Below, in pieces: positions 12,608 to 25,627 of a stretch of 64,000 bases of DNA (its first letter is position 1; every line of letters starts with the position of its first letter). The DNA comes from Octopus bimaculoides (taxonomy: Eukaryota), in NCBI RefSeq assembly GCF_001194135.2, contig NC_068983.1, positions 73,042,811 through 73,106,810 of the forward strand. The letters run 5' to 3'. Position numbers and translations under genes: made by a program. The notes beneath the pieces were generated by a model, which worked only from the letters and a program-made list of their open reading frames with translations, made no database searches and was not told where the DNA came from.

Positions 12608-12840
12608 CAGTGGTTCTTAACTTGGGTCCATATAAGATTTTGTTGTTAAAAATTATGTGCAATAAATTGGTTATACTTCTACAATAGACAAAATATTTTA
12701 ACATTTTTTGATACAGTTCTTAATATTTAATTGTAAAAATATAATGGGATTTTTTTAAACATCAAATGGTTATGGGAGTTCACCCGAGTAAAATAGATAT
12801 CAAAGAGGTTCATAGATAAAAAAACAGTTGCGAACCAATG
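12608..12840 (+). mobile_element. hAT-superfamily MITE, complete
   Basis: TIRs cagtggttcttaact / agttgcgaaccaatg; 8-bp TSD ctctaaac (12600-12607) / ctctaaat (12841-12848). Lies 40 bp from an Arp3 5' splice site. Confidence 0.88.
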
Positions 12841-12880
12841 CTCTAAATGGTAAATAGTACAATCATTTGGAGTTACTTAC

Positions 12881-12976
12881 CTGAACAGCTATGTACAAAC
12901 CAGGTACATTAAAAGATTCAAACATAATTTCAGCAGTGTATTCACGATTTTCAGGTGTATTTAAAGGAGGTTCAGT
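12881..12976 (-). CDS. ACTR3: Arp3 internal coding exon (96 bp, phase 0/0)
   Basis: Reads [32 protein letters not shown]. Acceptor ttttatag|, donor |gtaagt. Confidence 0.97.
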
Positions 12977-13349
12977 CTATAAAAGAATTGTTTTAAAAAA
13001 TTATAAGTACACAAATGCAAATCTATCAAAAAAAGTTTAAAATGAAAATTTACTTTTAACATCTCAGTTCAATAGAATTGCACTGAAATGGTTAAATGGT
13101 GAGAATATTATGCTACTGAGCTGCTGACTATCAAAAATCATAAGTTTAATCTGCTTTGTGTAATCTGTCAAAAATTAATGACTTTTCTTGGTCCAGTAAA
13201 CACAGCAAAGCTGACTATTTCATAGCTGAATGGTTGGTAATAGATAAGGTACATAAAAACATTTCAGCTACATTTAAAACTAGCACAGACAAAAGAAAAG
13301 AAAATCACATGAAAATATCTGACAGAAACAAAGATTATCAAGAACTTAC

Positions 13350-13460
13350 CAATAGAAAATAATGATCTTCTGGTTCAGAACGTAGATATTTAAAAATAGT
13401 CTGTTCCCAAAATCGTTCCATCAAATCCCAGTCATCAATAATACCATGTCGGATTGGCCA
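13350..13460 (-). CDS. ACTR3: Arp3 internal coding exon (111 bp, phase 0/0)
   Basis: Reads [37 protein letters not shown]. Acceptor atctag|, donor |gtaagt. Continues the previous exon in frame. Confidence 0.97.
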
Positions 13461-13600
13461 CTAGATATTTTAAATTAGAAAAAAAATTATATTTTTATAT
13501 TTCTTTCAAAAATATATCTTCTAATTTACATGAAATGAAATAAATAGTTTTGTGTGTAAACCATGTGTATATTTATTCTATAGATATATGTGAATAGCAT

Positions 13601-13724
13601 TACGTCCCTGTAACCTAGCGGTTCGGCAAAAGAGACCGATAGAATAAGTCCTAGGGTCGATTTACTCGACTAAAGGCAGTGCTCCAGCATGGCCACAGTC
13701 AAATGACTGAAACAAGTAAAAGAG

Positions 13725-13727
<3 letters not shown>
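13601..13727 (+). mobile_element. SINE family A, 3' half, followed by (TA)n (13727-13771)
   Basis: Matches the 3' half of 2720-3112 except for a 22-bp internal deletion. Confidence 0.9.
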
Positions 13728-13772
<45 letters not shown>

Positions 13773-14514
13773 CTTTAAATAAAACAATAGCTTTGTTTGT
13801 ATTGTACAGTGTATATCTAGACAGAATATTTAAAAAGATAAACAAAAATAGTCATCACTACGTATGTTGTCTGAGTAGGCTTTTCTTGCCTTGAGCTGCA
13901 GTTTTTTCATGCTCTACTTGCTTTATAATCATATCAGGATAAGAGTAATTGCACCCCTTGCAACAAATTCAAAAGTACTACATGCGAGAATGCCTACAGA
14001 TGCTGTCAACTGGCACTTGTTAGTTTCCATTTCCAGATGATGATGTCATTTTGTTTGATATCAAAATGTTGCTTTGGGTTAGGACTATGCACGTATCTGT
14101 TGTGAGTTTTTTCACATACACTTATGTAACTATATGTATAGATATTTGAATGTTTCTGATATTTTAGATGAAATTAAAAATTTATAATATACAGTCCACT
14201 GTTAAAGTTACAACTGAAGAGTTTTGAGAGAGTCAATAATGATGACTATGTTAGCATCGTTACATACATGTTTATATATTTATCATGCCTGAAAGCCTCA
14301 GAGAGTGTTGAAATGATACTAAAAGATTTTACACACATAGAGTTACCTATTATGAATGAAGGGCTTAAGGATTTCATGAAAAATCTCTATAAGTCATTAA
14401 TGTGTACACATAAGCCTGCAAGACAACATGTATTAGTGCTGTAGTGCTGTAATACGTTAGATCATTTTTTGCAATACCAAAAGAAAGTGTGTGTTCATAA
14501 ACTATAAATCATCA

Positions 14515-15100
14515 TCACTTGATGTCTGTGCTCTTTGCTGGCATGGGATAGATAGGTGGCTTGACTGGATCTGACAAGCTACAGGACTGTAATGAGTTCA
14601 ATGTTAGGAAGGGCATCTTTGCTTTGATAAATGTGCTAACAAGCAGTTTACAGTGTGTATAGGGTCCTTTTTTATTTTTATTAATTTTTTTTTTAATGTT
14701 ATACCAGCACTAGTGAGGCTGCCAAGTAATTTGTAGACAATGAAAAAGATCACTCGACTGAGTGGAGTGTAGTAGAAAATGAGGTGGCTTTGTGCCAGGT
14801 GTTGAGAGGCTGAAGTTTGATAGAGGAACGAGAATACATATCTTATGGTAGAGGAGATACAGCACTAACCCACGTTATATACAGGTGGATAGGAGTAGTA
14901 GGAAAAAGAGATAAGGATACTGTGACAAGGTGTCAGAGTATACCCTCAAGCTACAAGAGGCTGAGTATAAAAATGAATATGCACAGAGGATTAAGAAATG
15001 AGGGTGAGTAAGTTTGTAAGAGTATGATGAAAATGACAGCTGGTTAGAGATGGTGGTAGAGGTGAGTTTAGTGAATGGAGAACAAGGGTGGGACATGTGA
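14515..15100 (-). mobile_element. Unclassified CT-rich non-autonomous element with an RTE-type tail
   Basis: Reverse complement aligns with 57070-57595 (cactagtgagg, gaggtggcttt, gtgtcagagt blocks); ends in a ccatgccagca...gatgatga-type tail. Confidence 0.7.
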
Positions 15101-15126
15101 GTATTGTTGAAGAATTATAATCTCAC

Positions 15127-15307
15127 CTTGACTGAATAAGAGGAAGCATCTAAAGCTTCGTCTCCTATAAAGAAATCCAAATCTTCAACTCCTTTGCCAA
15201 GTCGTCGAATTGCCTGATCGCCAACTTTAGCTGATTCCTTGATGGCAATGCATGATGGAATAATAAACTGTGGCTCTGTGTTGCCAGCGTAGCCCATCTT
15301 TGTATAC
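15127..15307 (-). CDS. ACTR3: Actin-related protein 3 (Arp3), internal coding exon (second coding exon; 181 bp, phase 2 to phase 0)
   Basis: Reads (G)[60 protein letters not shown], nearly identical to the Arp3 N-terminus. Acceptor ttcacag| at 15308, donor |gtgaga at 15126. Confidence 0.97.
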
Positions 15308-16522
15308 CTGTGAAGAAAATAAAATAAATTAGATATTTCAAAGACAGAATTCTAGCAAAGACAGTTACACTCACAGAAACAGTCAACTTACTCAAACTTA
15401 TATAGTCATACTCATACAAATATGACCCACTTACATACAACAACCACCAACCACTAACACACCACACACACACATACATACATACACAATCCCATTCACT
15501 AACTTAGTAGCTCTTCCTAGAACAAAAATTTGACTTATTTTCACATAGGACCTACATAAGAGATATTATCTTCAAACCTCAGGTCAATGTTTATGGTGTT
15601 CACAAATATTACTAAACAACTTTTTTTCCTCTCAGTATAAACCATTGCTGTATTGAAAATATTTCAGACATTCACCATTTTGTTTTCTTATTCTCCAGAA
15701 AGTACTATGTTTGAAACAAGAAAATATGCCTAAGTAATTTTGTATTGACAAAAGCATTTTATAAATGTCTTGCATACCCAGAATTCTACATCAAATAAAA
15801 ACAGAGAAGAGTTTATCAAAATTATCTTCAAATGCAGAAAGTTAATTTTTCTTTATTATATCCTATTTTTTACCTTCTAAGGTAATATGACAGTTATCTT
15901 TCTTTTTCTTTTCTCTTTAATCTTAGACATTTTGATTAAATGTTAGAGTATTCATTTTCATAACTGAATACCATTATTAACAATTCAAATCTTATTACTA
16001 TGTAATTCCTTAACTGTATTGGTGCAGTTTTCATAGTAATGTCCATAAAGAATAATAATAGAGTGTTTTAGCAAGATTTAAACTCAAAATTGTGATGAAA
16101 AAATACTCAAAAATTGGAATACAGTGTTAGCATACTGGCTGAAAGGCTGCCTTATCTCACCACCAGTTTTGCACACTATGTCCCTGACAAAGATATCTTT
16201 CTATATTTCAGAATACTCAATTGTACACATGTAGCATGAAGAATACAGCTCATATCAGTGACCAGTAAGGTGAGTTGGTGTAAATGTTAATGGCAGGTGT
16301 CAGCATTTGTGTAGTTCATAACACTTTTTTTTATAAAAGACATTACTTCTTAAGTTCCTTCAAGGTTCTCAGAATTTTTTTTTCCTACATCAATACAAAG
16401 CCATAGATTTATAAAAAAAAAAAAAGCAATAGTCTTCCAAATCAACTCTCAGTATATTACTGATACCTTTTCTTATTGACTCCTGCTGATTGAGTCATCA
16501 AACCATTTCATTTCAAATAATT

Positions 16523-16525
<3 letters not shown>

Positions 16526-16559
<34 letters not shown>
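16526..16559. repeat. Poly(T)34, which is poly(A) on the Arp3 sense strand
   Basis: Direct reading. Confidence 0.95.
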
Positions 16560-16562
<3 letters not shown>

Positions 16563-19269
16563 TATTTTATTCCATACCAAAAATGAAATGAGAATAAGAC
16601 TACCATGCAATAACTAACACATGAAGAAAAGTCAGGTTATCTAATTAAAGATTTTTACAACTATGGAACGTATCTGCAACTATAACATTTCTGAATGATG
16701 CTGCAATCAAGAAATTACCGAGAGGATTTTTAAAAGGAAGAAAAATTTGCTCATGGTGTATGTATGCTGTCTTTAACATCATATCAACCATGAAATTATT
16801 TCCATTAATAACTTTTTACAAAGTGTTTGTCTCTAAAATCTATAATCTGAGTTCTTTTTCTAAGTATTTCAATTCAACCTTTACACATCTATTGTCAATA
16901 TGAAAACCCTCTCATCCTCTGAAATTATCAAACCTTGGTATTTATATGAACAACGATGTCTTCAAATGGCAATATCTATGTTACTCTCCATTCTAGGTTC
17001 TAAGTCTCTCTGGGCTCAAGTTGCCTTTCAGTTCTTGAAGTCAATGAAATATAGTGTCAGCTATGTACAGAGGTTTCAATCAATCCTCTAAGAGTAATTT
17101 GTTGAGTTACTAATTAGAGAGTTCCTAAAGACCCAAATCAACAACCCAGTTTTAATTTCTGGTTGAAGCTATTCCATTTCACTTTATTTCACAAATGCCA
17201 TTTCAAAAGCAAAACACCATTACATATTATCATAATGTATAGTAAAAAATAAATTATTATTACTATCATTATTATTTGGAGCAATGATCAGTTTTCAGCA
17301 AATGTAGAGGATGTACTAGTTTCTAATCTCAAAACATATGCCTCAATTTTTAAGAAGAAAAAAAATGGGGAAAAAGCAAACTGTTCAGACTATTAATCTC
17401 ACCCCACTTTTGTTGCTGTTGCTACTAGACATAAATAGTTCAAATGGTTTTTAATCTGTTCATCATCAGTTGTCATGTATATATGTTCAGACAAGATTCC
17501 AATGTTCATATTTTCAGTTTGTTTGGAGCATGGTAGATAAAAGTTGGCTTTGTTTAACTCCATGTCAACATGGTGGAGCAGGCTATAATCTAGAGATATT
17601 CCAACCACAATCATACTGTCATTTTCCCACCAAGGTTAATATGGAATTACATTATCTAATATGTCCTCCCAACTTCTTTTTAAAAGATGACAGTATGTGA
17701 TCTGAAGATTTGGCTATTTTTAACAAGCTGGGCAACTACATAGTGGCTCTCTCTTTGGCTTGTAGATGAGATTGTTGGAAGCTTGGATGGAATAAATGTT
17801 TGCAAGTATAATCACAGCCTGTGTTTAATATTTTTAACAATGGTAAAAGATTATGAAGTACTGAACTAAATGACTAATGATATTCAGCTTCATGCCTCCA
17901 TATTCTGAGTTGAAATCCTACTCAGGATTACCTTTACTTTTTATCTCACTGGGCCAATAAAATAAGTAATATTCTGGAGCCAGTTCTATCAACTTATATT
18001 ACTATCCTAGAAATGTATGGCTTTGTCCTTGATGTAATAAATCAATTATTATCACTATCAGCATCATTTTATCCAACAATAATAATTTCTGCTGTGTAGC
18101 TGCATCAGTCTATCTCCTACATATTTTTCCAATGGGTATCTAACAAATGGGGGCACAACATGTCTAAATGGCTGAGAAGTTTACTCTGGAACTACAAGGT
18201 CATGCATGGGTTCCCAATCCCACAGCTTGGCAAGTTAGACCACCATCTTTTATAATTCTCTTTGATCAATGCAAGCTTTGTGAGTGAAATTGGATAGATG
18301 AAAACTGCGTGGAAGCCTTTTGGATGTACTGTACTTGTAATTCAACAGTACAGCCACAATGATTCTGAGAATTATGTTAATAGCACGCATGTTGGGGGGA
18401 ATATTAATTCAATGAACAGATAACTAATTTGATTGAAAAACTGAATTTCCATTATCAATTCATACTAAGATCTATTTACTAATTGACAACATGATACTTT
18501 CATCCAATGAATTTAACCAATTATCAAGGATATTAGCATTGAGCCATTCTGAACAAGTATCAGCTGATATTACCATTGCCTCTTAGTTTTCATTTAGCAT
18601 TAAGTTAATTCTGGTCAAAACTATGATCAAATATGTTCTAGCATGATCGTTATATTTTTTCAGATATCTAAGACAACATTATTGCAAATGACCTTCACCT
18701 TTTTAAAACTGTGAGCGTGACTTGAGAGAGATTTGGCTGCTATTTCTAGCAGACTGAATCACCACAGGTTCCTGCAATGGTTACATGAAAAGCAAGCATT
18801 TTTTTTCCTCCTTCATAATTATTTAATATACTCCACTTCTTTTTTTTCAGAGCTGATTGCCTATATTCATTTTAATCAGCTTCACCATATCAGCAAATAC
18901 TTTACTGCATTTGAAAAATTCCCTTGACATTAAATTCCTATTGTACCAAGCCAACCCAATAATAATCTATCACAATCAACTGTCTTGCCATTGTTATCTA
19001 TTAATGTAACAGCAGCAGTGTGGCAGAAACAGTAAGTAGCACTAAACTAAATGCTTAACAACATCCAATTTTGTCCTGTGTTCTCATTTTAAATACTGCC
19101 ATCTCTGCCATTTGCTTTCATCACTCTGGGTAATAATAAAAAAAAAAAGTACCAATCATGTATTGAGGTACAAACATCTGACCAGTACCTATTACCTACA
19201 TATAGGCTATGTGCAAATAAATATGTCAAAATATTTTTTTTGTTTTTTACTTGTTTGTCATTTAACTGC

Positions 19270-20135
19270 AGGATCACCTTGAAGGGTTTTTTTTAGTCGA
19301 ACAAATCGACCCTGGGACTTTTTTTAAAGCATAGTACCTAATTTATCAATCTCTTATGCTGAACTGCTATGTTACAAGGACGTAAACACACCAACACCAG
19401 TTGTCAAGTGGTAGTGGAGGACACACACACACGACAGGCTTTTTCAGTTTCTGTCTACCAAATCCACTCACAAGGCTTTGGTCAGCTGAGGCAAACCAAA
19501 GACGTTTGCCTAAAGTGCCATGTAGTGAGACTGAACCTGGCATCATAAGGTTGGGAAGCAAGCGTCTTACCACACAGCTACACCTGCGCCTATAGACACA
19601 TACATGTACATATATGATGGGCTTCTTTCAGTCTACATCTACCAAAGCCACTCACAAGGCTTTGGTTGGCCCAAGGCTATAGTAGAAGACACTTGCCCAA
19701 GGTGCCATGCAGTGAAACTGAACCTGGAGCCATCTTCATCATCATTTTAATGTCCCCTTTTCCATGCCTGTATGGATCAGACAATTTGTTGAGGTAGATT
19801 TTCTACAACCAGATGCCTTTCTTGTCATCAACCCTCACTTGTTTCCAAATAAGCTATTTCCCCATGTGAATATTTCCACAGAAGATTGGAAACAAATGAC
19901 GTTGCTTTGTATGACTGATATTCACTCATTTACAACTTCCATGCAATGTCCAGACAAGGAGGCACAAATACACACACGCACACAGTGGGCTTCTCAGTTT
20001 ACATCTACCAAATGCACTCTCAAAGCTTTAGTCAGTTCCAAGGCTACATAGAAGACACATGCCCAAGGGGTCAACACAGTGGAACTGAGCCTGAAACCAC
20101 ATGGTTGGGAAGTGAAACTTAACTTCCAACCGTGC
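19270..20135 (-). mobile_element. Cluster of four co-oriented SINE copies (A 19270-19592, A 19610-19732, family C 19738-19985, A 19986-20135)
   Basis: cagttt(c/a)(c/t)(a/g)tctaccaaat(c/g)cactc(a)caa repeated three times, plus one family C copy starting catcatcattttaatgtcc. Confidence 0.85.
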
Positions 20136-23111
20136 CTGTGTCTATTAAATAATTGCTATTAATAATATTGAAGCCAGATAGTAATAGGGTGGCTGAAATG
20201 AAGTGCTGGGCACTATTCTTTGCAGTATTTAATAAGGTTTATTTTATAGTCTGTGTTCAAATCTTACTGAACTTGACATTGCCTTTTTTTTTTATTCCCA
20301 ATATTGTTAAAATATATACCAGTCATAAGCCAGCTAAACTCCTTCTTTCACAAGTCAGTGGTCCCATGCCAATGTGTGAAATCATTATTGTTATTAACAA
20401 ATATTTGAGTTACCATTGACTTATTTGAGCTGGCAAAACATTTAATTTCACTTGTCTTGAAGGAAAAAAAAATCTCTTTTTTGCTGCCAAATATATCCTC
20501 ATTATTATTCTGACCCCTACTAACCAGAAAATTACATTCATATACCAGCCAAAATGCAATATTCAATTAAAGTGCCAACAAATGCATTGACAGGAACAAT
20601 AGAGCACTGGAGAGCACTGTGATCAACTTTCTAAGGGTCAATATAATCTACTATACTCTTCCTTGCAATGTGGCTTTATAACTATATTAGAAATCTATTA
20701 TCATCATTATTAGAGTAATGGTGATGGTACAGTGAAAAGCATTTAAAGTTTAGCATCTCTGTTCTGTGTTTCAATCCTTAGCGAGATTGGTAACGTTGAT
20801 CATCAAAATTAATGAATCTACATACTCAACTAAACTAGTTCTATTTGTATATAATAAAAGTGGATATTTTACAAAAATTACAGAAAATTAGTTACTTTAT
20901 GATATGAAGTTTGGTGGTTCTTATCTCCTCATTAAATGCCTTTTATTTGTTCATAGAGTACAGCTAAAACAATGGTATTAATGCAACTAATTAAATCCCC
21001 TCCTCTTTATAGAGAAAAAAATGTCCTTATTTCAACAGAAATAAATCCTCATTGCTTTAATGAAAAATGAACAGTCATCTTTTACAGTCTAATTAATTCA
21101 GTAATTACCTACAATTACGACTTTACTATTTTCGAGCCAATGAAGGACCCTCCCCAGATGATTGACTAACAACAGCCAAATCTCCCATGCACTATCATCC
21201 TATTAAAAAAAAAAAATGGACACACAGAGACAGTGTGAGAAAATGGAAGAGAACTCATACAAGAAATTCTTCAGTTTGCAGGGTTTTTTAAAGCATTGCA
21301 ACAGTATCACTGAGAGTATAGTACAGGAATCTTACATGTGCTATAGCTTCTTTTCAGACACGACAAACATATTGAGGGGTGTACCCTAACACACCAATGG
21401 CAAATATATAGGTTCCTAAATTGATAAACAACAAAACAGCAATAGATAAAGTTAAAGTCCAGACTAGCAATGATTAGTTAAAACTAGTTTAACAAATGAA
21501 TAGAGTTGGTGTATTAAAAGTTTGGAGTTCAAATTCTGTGACAAAAGGATTTAGGTTTTACTTTTTATTTAATTTAATTTCTATTACTTTACAGCTGATA
21601 AAGTAGCATTACTAGTCTTAGAAAAGATCAGCTAGCTCAAATATTATGTATTGACTGATGACAAAACTGACTGCTTTCCCCAACTACATACAGGCCTGCA
21701 GAGAGAAACATCATCTGAACACAATTATTTGGTGTCAACAAATGTGAACCATCAGCTCAATTCTAATTATAGTTTAGCCCCAGGTCAAGCAGACTAAAAC
21801 ATTTTCTTCTTATTTTAGTACAACTCAGTTATACAAACAAGACTAAACATGGAACTGGAAATACCACGTATACTAGTTTACTGAACCCTACCTGTTAAAT
21901 AGATTACAAAAGAATGGTTTAATTTTAACTGCCAACAATTAAAAAAAAACTCAACTAGGTTAGCAACAGAAAACAACATACAAGACAAGATAGCTGTATA
22001 TACTCTTGTAACCTAAAATATCCCAATTTAAGATAAGGTAAGACAATAAAAGAATACTGTTAGAGTAACTTGTGATGTATGTAACCATAAAAACAATGAA
22101 ACCATTTGTGGCAATAGTCATTTAATTTTGTGTTAATTCTGTTATCCAGCAGAATACTTAAAGACAGATGTTATCAGCTTCTTGTTTTTTTTAGAAGACT
22201 ATATTGTCACTTATTTAAAAACAAAAAGGATAATAATCAGCTTGACTGTTAGAAAAAGAAAAAAAGGAAAACAAAGACGACTAAAAAGCTATGTACAGTA
22301 CAATGATAGCCTTTGCAAACTATAAATATGTTCTCTCAAACAAACAATGAAACAACAATGGTATAATGTTTGGAGAATAAATTTACTGTTAACCAACACT
22401 TGTAAATAGTAATTCAGTTTAATGTTCCCTAAAGTTTAGTCAAAAACAATGGTGCAACAATTTGTATGAATGAAATAATATTATCACTAGTTTTGTTAGA
22501 ACATTGGAAAGATAATAACACAATGTCTGGAGAGAGGGTAGAGCTATAAAGAAATAGTCCTATAGTAAATAACTTTGGTTTGGAGAGGAGTACAAACTGG
22601 TAGTTATTTTTTGAAGACAAAGGGGCAATATTTATAAATGAAAGGGTTAATATAGTTGATGAAATCAATTCCAGATATATTAACTCTAGAGGAATGAAAA
22701 ACAGCTGGCTTTGTCATATGTCCACTCAATGTAATGAGAGGCACTTTACCATTTCTAGCAAATCTGCCCAAAGAGGACTTTAAATACTATATGACTACAA
22801 TTATCCATCTACACAATATTTTTCATATCATTGTTTTTCTATTTTTGTTTTCTTCTCAAGGTCTTGATGAGATACTCAGTACAGAAACTACAAGAGTACC
22901 AGCATATTGCTCCTTTTGTTTCACTATATTATATTTAACTTGTGGCTTCTTAAATGCACATGCCAAAGTTGTCTTGTAGACTGCCTCACGTATCATAAGA
23001 ACATAACATAACCAGAATATAATTAACTGTAGCTAGGAAACAGACTGGGAGATGAAATAAAAATATTGCAGCACCTCATTTATATGGTGTGTACGTGTCT
23101 ATATATATATT

Positions 23112-23143
<32 letters not shown>

Positions 23144-23647
23144 ATCAGGTTGTTTCATTATAGTACTATTAATAGTTTATCAGCACAAGAAAAATATATG
23201 AAGGGAAAAAAAAAAAATGAAAGGAAATATCAAAAAAGAAAAAAAAAAACTTATTGTTTACCTTTACTTCCTTAACTGTTTCCCCCAACACTGCAGAATA
23301 ATTATATTCTTTGTATATTAAAGCATGCACCAACATACACACACACCTCCCTAAATCCAAATTAGTAACACTCTGTGCAACTATATAATCATTAAGTCAC
23401 AACAGACAACAGATCAAGTGTTACTTGTTTATTTGATTGATTGATTATTATTGGTAGTGGTGGTGAATCTTATTTTGATACTTGCCACCAAATATACTAT
23501 TCAAGCACTTCATTTGTGTACATATATCACAAAATACATAGTTGGACTGATGCTTTCTTTCCTATCTCCCATCACTACTCATTAAGAGGGTTGCGATGGT
23601 GAAGCTTCATTTGAATTGTAAATTAATACATGCTGAGAGATACAAGA

Positions 23648-23854
23648 GCAGTTGAGCAGCAGAAACTGTAGAGCGCCAAAACAAGTAGTATTTTATTACA
23701 TCTCTCTTTGTTCTGAGTTCAAATTCCACCAGGTTCAACTTCGCTTTTCATTCTTCAGCAAGTAGGATGTCAAATAAGTACCAGTAACATACTGAGGTTG
23801 AACCAATCAACATTTTCAAGGGAATGTGTGGCCTGGTACCAAAGTTAGAAAACC
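23648..23854 (+). mobile_element. SINE family E (tRNA-like head), degenerate
   Basis: gagcagcagaa...ttctgagttcaaattcc...ttcgcttttcattc...aataagtaccag. Related copies at about 9670, 34310, 36775, 51700 (-), 58611, 59560 and 60000. Confidence 0.7.
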
Positions 23855-25627
23855 TCATTGAGAGAGGAATTCAAGGAAAGTAGAGTACCCGACTAGTTAA
23901 TTAACTCAATGTTTTTAAGTCCAATCACAAGTGGGCTCATATTTTTCTTTTTTTTCTTCTTTTAATCAACAATAATAATTTTTATAACCAATTGCCATCA
24001 CATCACAAAAGATGTTGGCCTGGCACCAATGTTCCCTTTAATTGTTAGTAGTCAGTATGTGCGAAAATCTTATGCTGTGCGATATTTTTTTCCTGCAAGA
24101 AAAGAATGCACACAGAATGTATAATTATAAATACATTATTTTAAGTAACTAAGCTCTTACGCACACAATCTCATGTGTGCATATTAATTTCTTTTGTGAC
24201 TGGTGTACAAAAGAATAGTGTCTGGCACCTTTTCAAGAGAAATCTATATGTAGTGAAAAGGCCTGGACAGGAAGCAAGTTCCAGAAATGCAGACTTAAGG
24301 TAGAAAGATTGTTCAAAGTATTTAGTGCAATATTTAGGAAGTTAAATATAAAAATGAACAACAAGACAAAGAACAAACAGTGCAACAGGTGTGTGATCAA
24401 GTGGGAGGGAGAGGGAGTAAGTATGCAAATTCAGTTGGCTGTTGTTTTTTAAGCCAAGTCAGCTACGGTCAAGCAGACCTTTGATCAAAGAGAGATCCCA
24501 GCTGTAACCATCTTCCTAAGACAGTAGTGTATGATTTGAGGGAGATTCAGCTATTATTTCTAGCACATCAAGCAACCATTTAGATGATCTCTCATTGGCT
24601 TGTGTCAGTAACAGGTGGTGTTAGAAAGAGGACCCTTAGGGGTTGTTAGTCAGAGATTTAGGGAATGATGAATCTGTTAAAGAGAGAGGACGGAAATAGA
24701 ATTCATAATTGCTAAGTAAAGTGTGCTGTTTTAAATGTTGGTGATGCTATAGCTATCCAAATATTGTTTTTCAATTACGAATGTGATGAAATGACTCCAT
24801 AATTATCAAGCTACAAAGATGTGAAATAGTGCAAAAAGGATCACATTTAGATTTTAGGTTGTAAAGAAAACATGCAATTAGGCAATTAATTGGCACCACA
24901 AGAGAATTTAAGAAGAAGAAAAAAAAAAAAAGAGATAATTAGGAAAAAGATGTGGATTTTCAGTAATGGTATCATGAGAGGTTTATGAAACCTAATAAAA
25001 TTCAAGCCAAAGACATTAATAGATGGGAAGCTGAGAGTTAAACTCAACAAATTCATAAGAAAAATAAGAATATTTCTTATGATGTTAAGTAGACAATAGA
25101 GAATTTGCCATCAGGATATGGTGCCTCAACATAAGGGATAGAACAACAGAAAGCCAAGGCATTTATCTCTAAATAAAGAAGATTACAACAGTAAATGAAG
25201 AGAGTATGCACAGGGAAAGTAAATTATTGAATAGTAGTTTACTGAAGGAAATAAATTTCCACAACAGGATATGAATTCATAATCTGACATCCAAGAGTTT
25301 AACATCTACTATCCACTCAACTCTTAGTTATTATCAAGTTTGAAAGTAATAGATTTAAAACTGCTTCCCAAAACTTGTGACAAGACTTCAGCTACAGTGG
25401 TCTACACTAGCAATAAGATATTCTGGTTTCTACTTGTAATTAACAGATCTTAGGTATGCATAGTAATAGTTAAACATGCACAGGACAATAGGAACAATAT
25501 CCACCATGGAGAGTGTGAATAGGGGTGCACATAACCTGAACAGATCATTCAAAGGAATCAGCAATCAATATTCAGACACCTTCACTATATTTCACTATCA
25601 AACAAACAAGCAAATTCCCAGCTTTAA

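Noticed and set aside
16212-16269. Plus-strand 58-bp pseudo-exon with strong signals (tttcag| ... aag|gtgagt)
   Set aside because: Stop codons in all three frames, no partner exons, and such pairs are expected by chance in 64 kb. It could only be rescued by antisense RNA-seq junctions.
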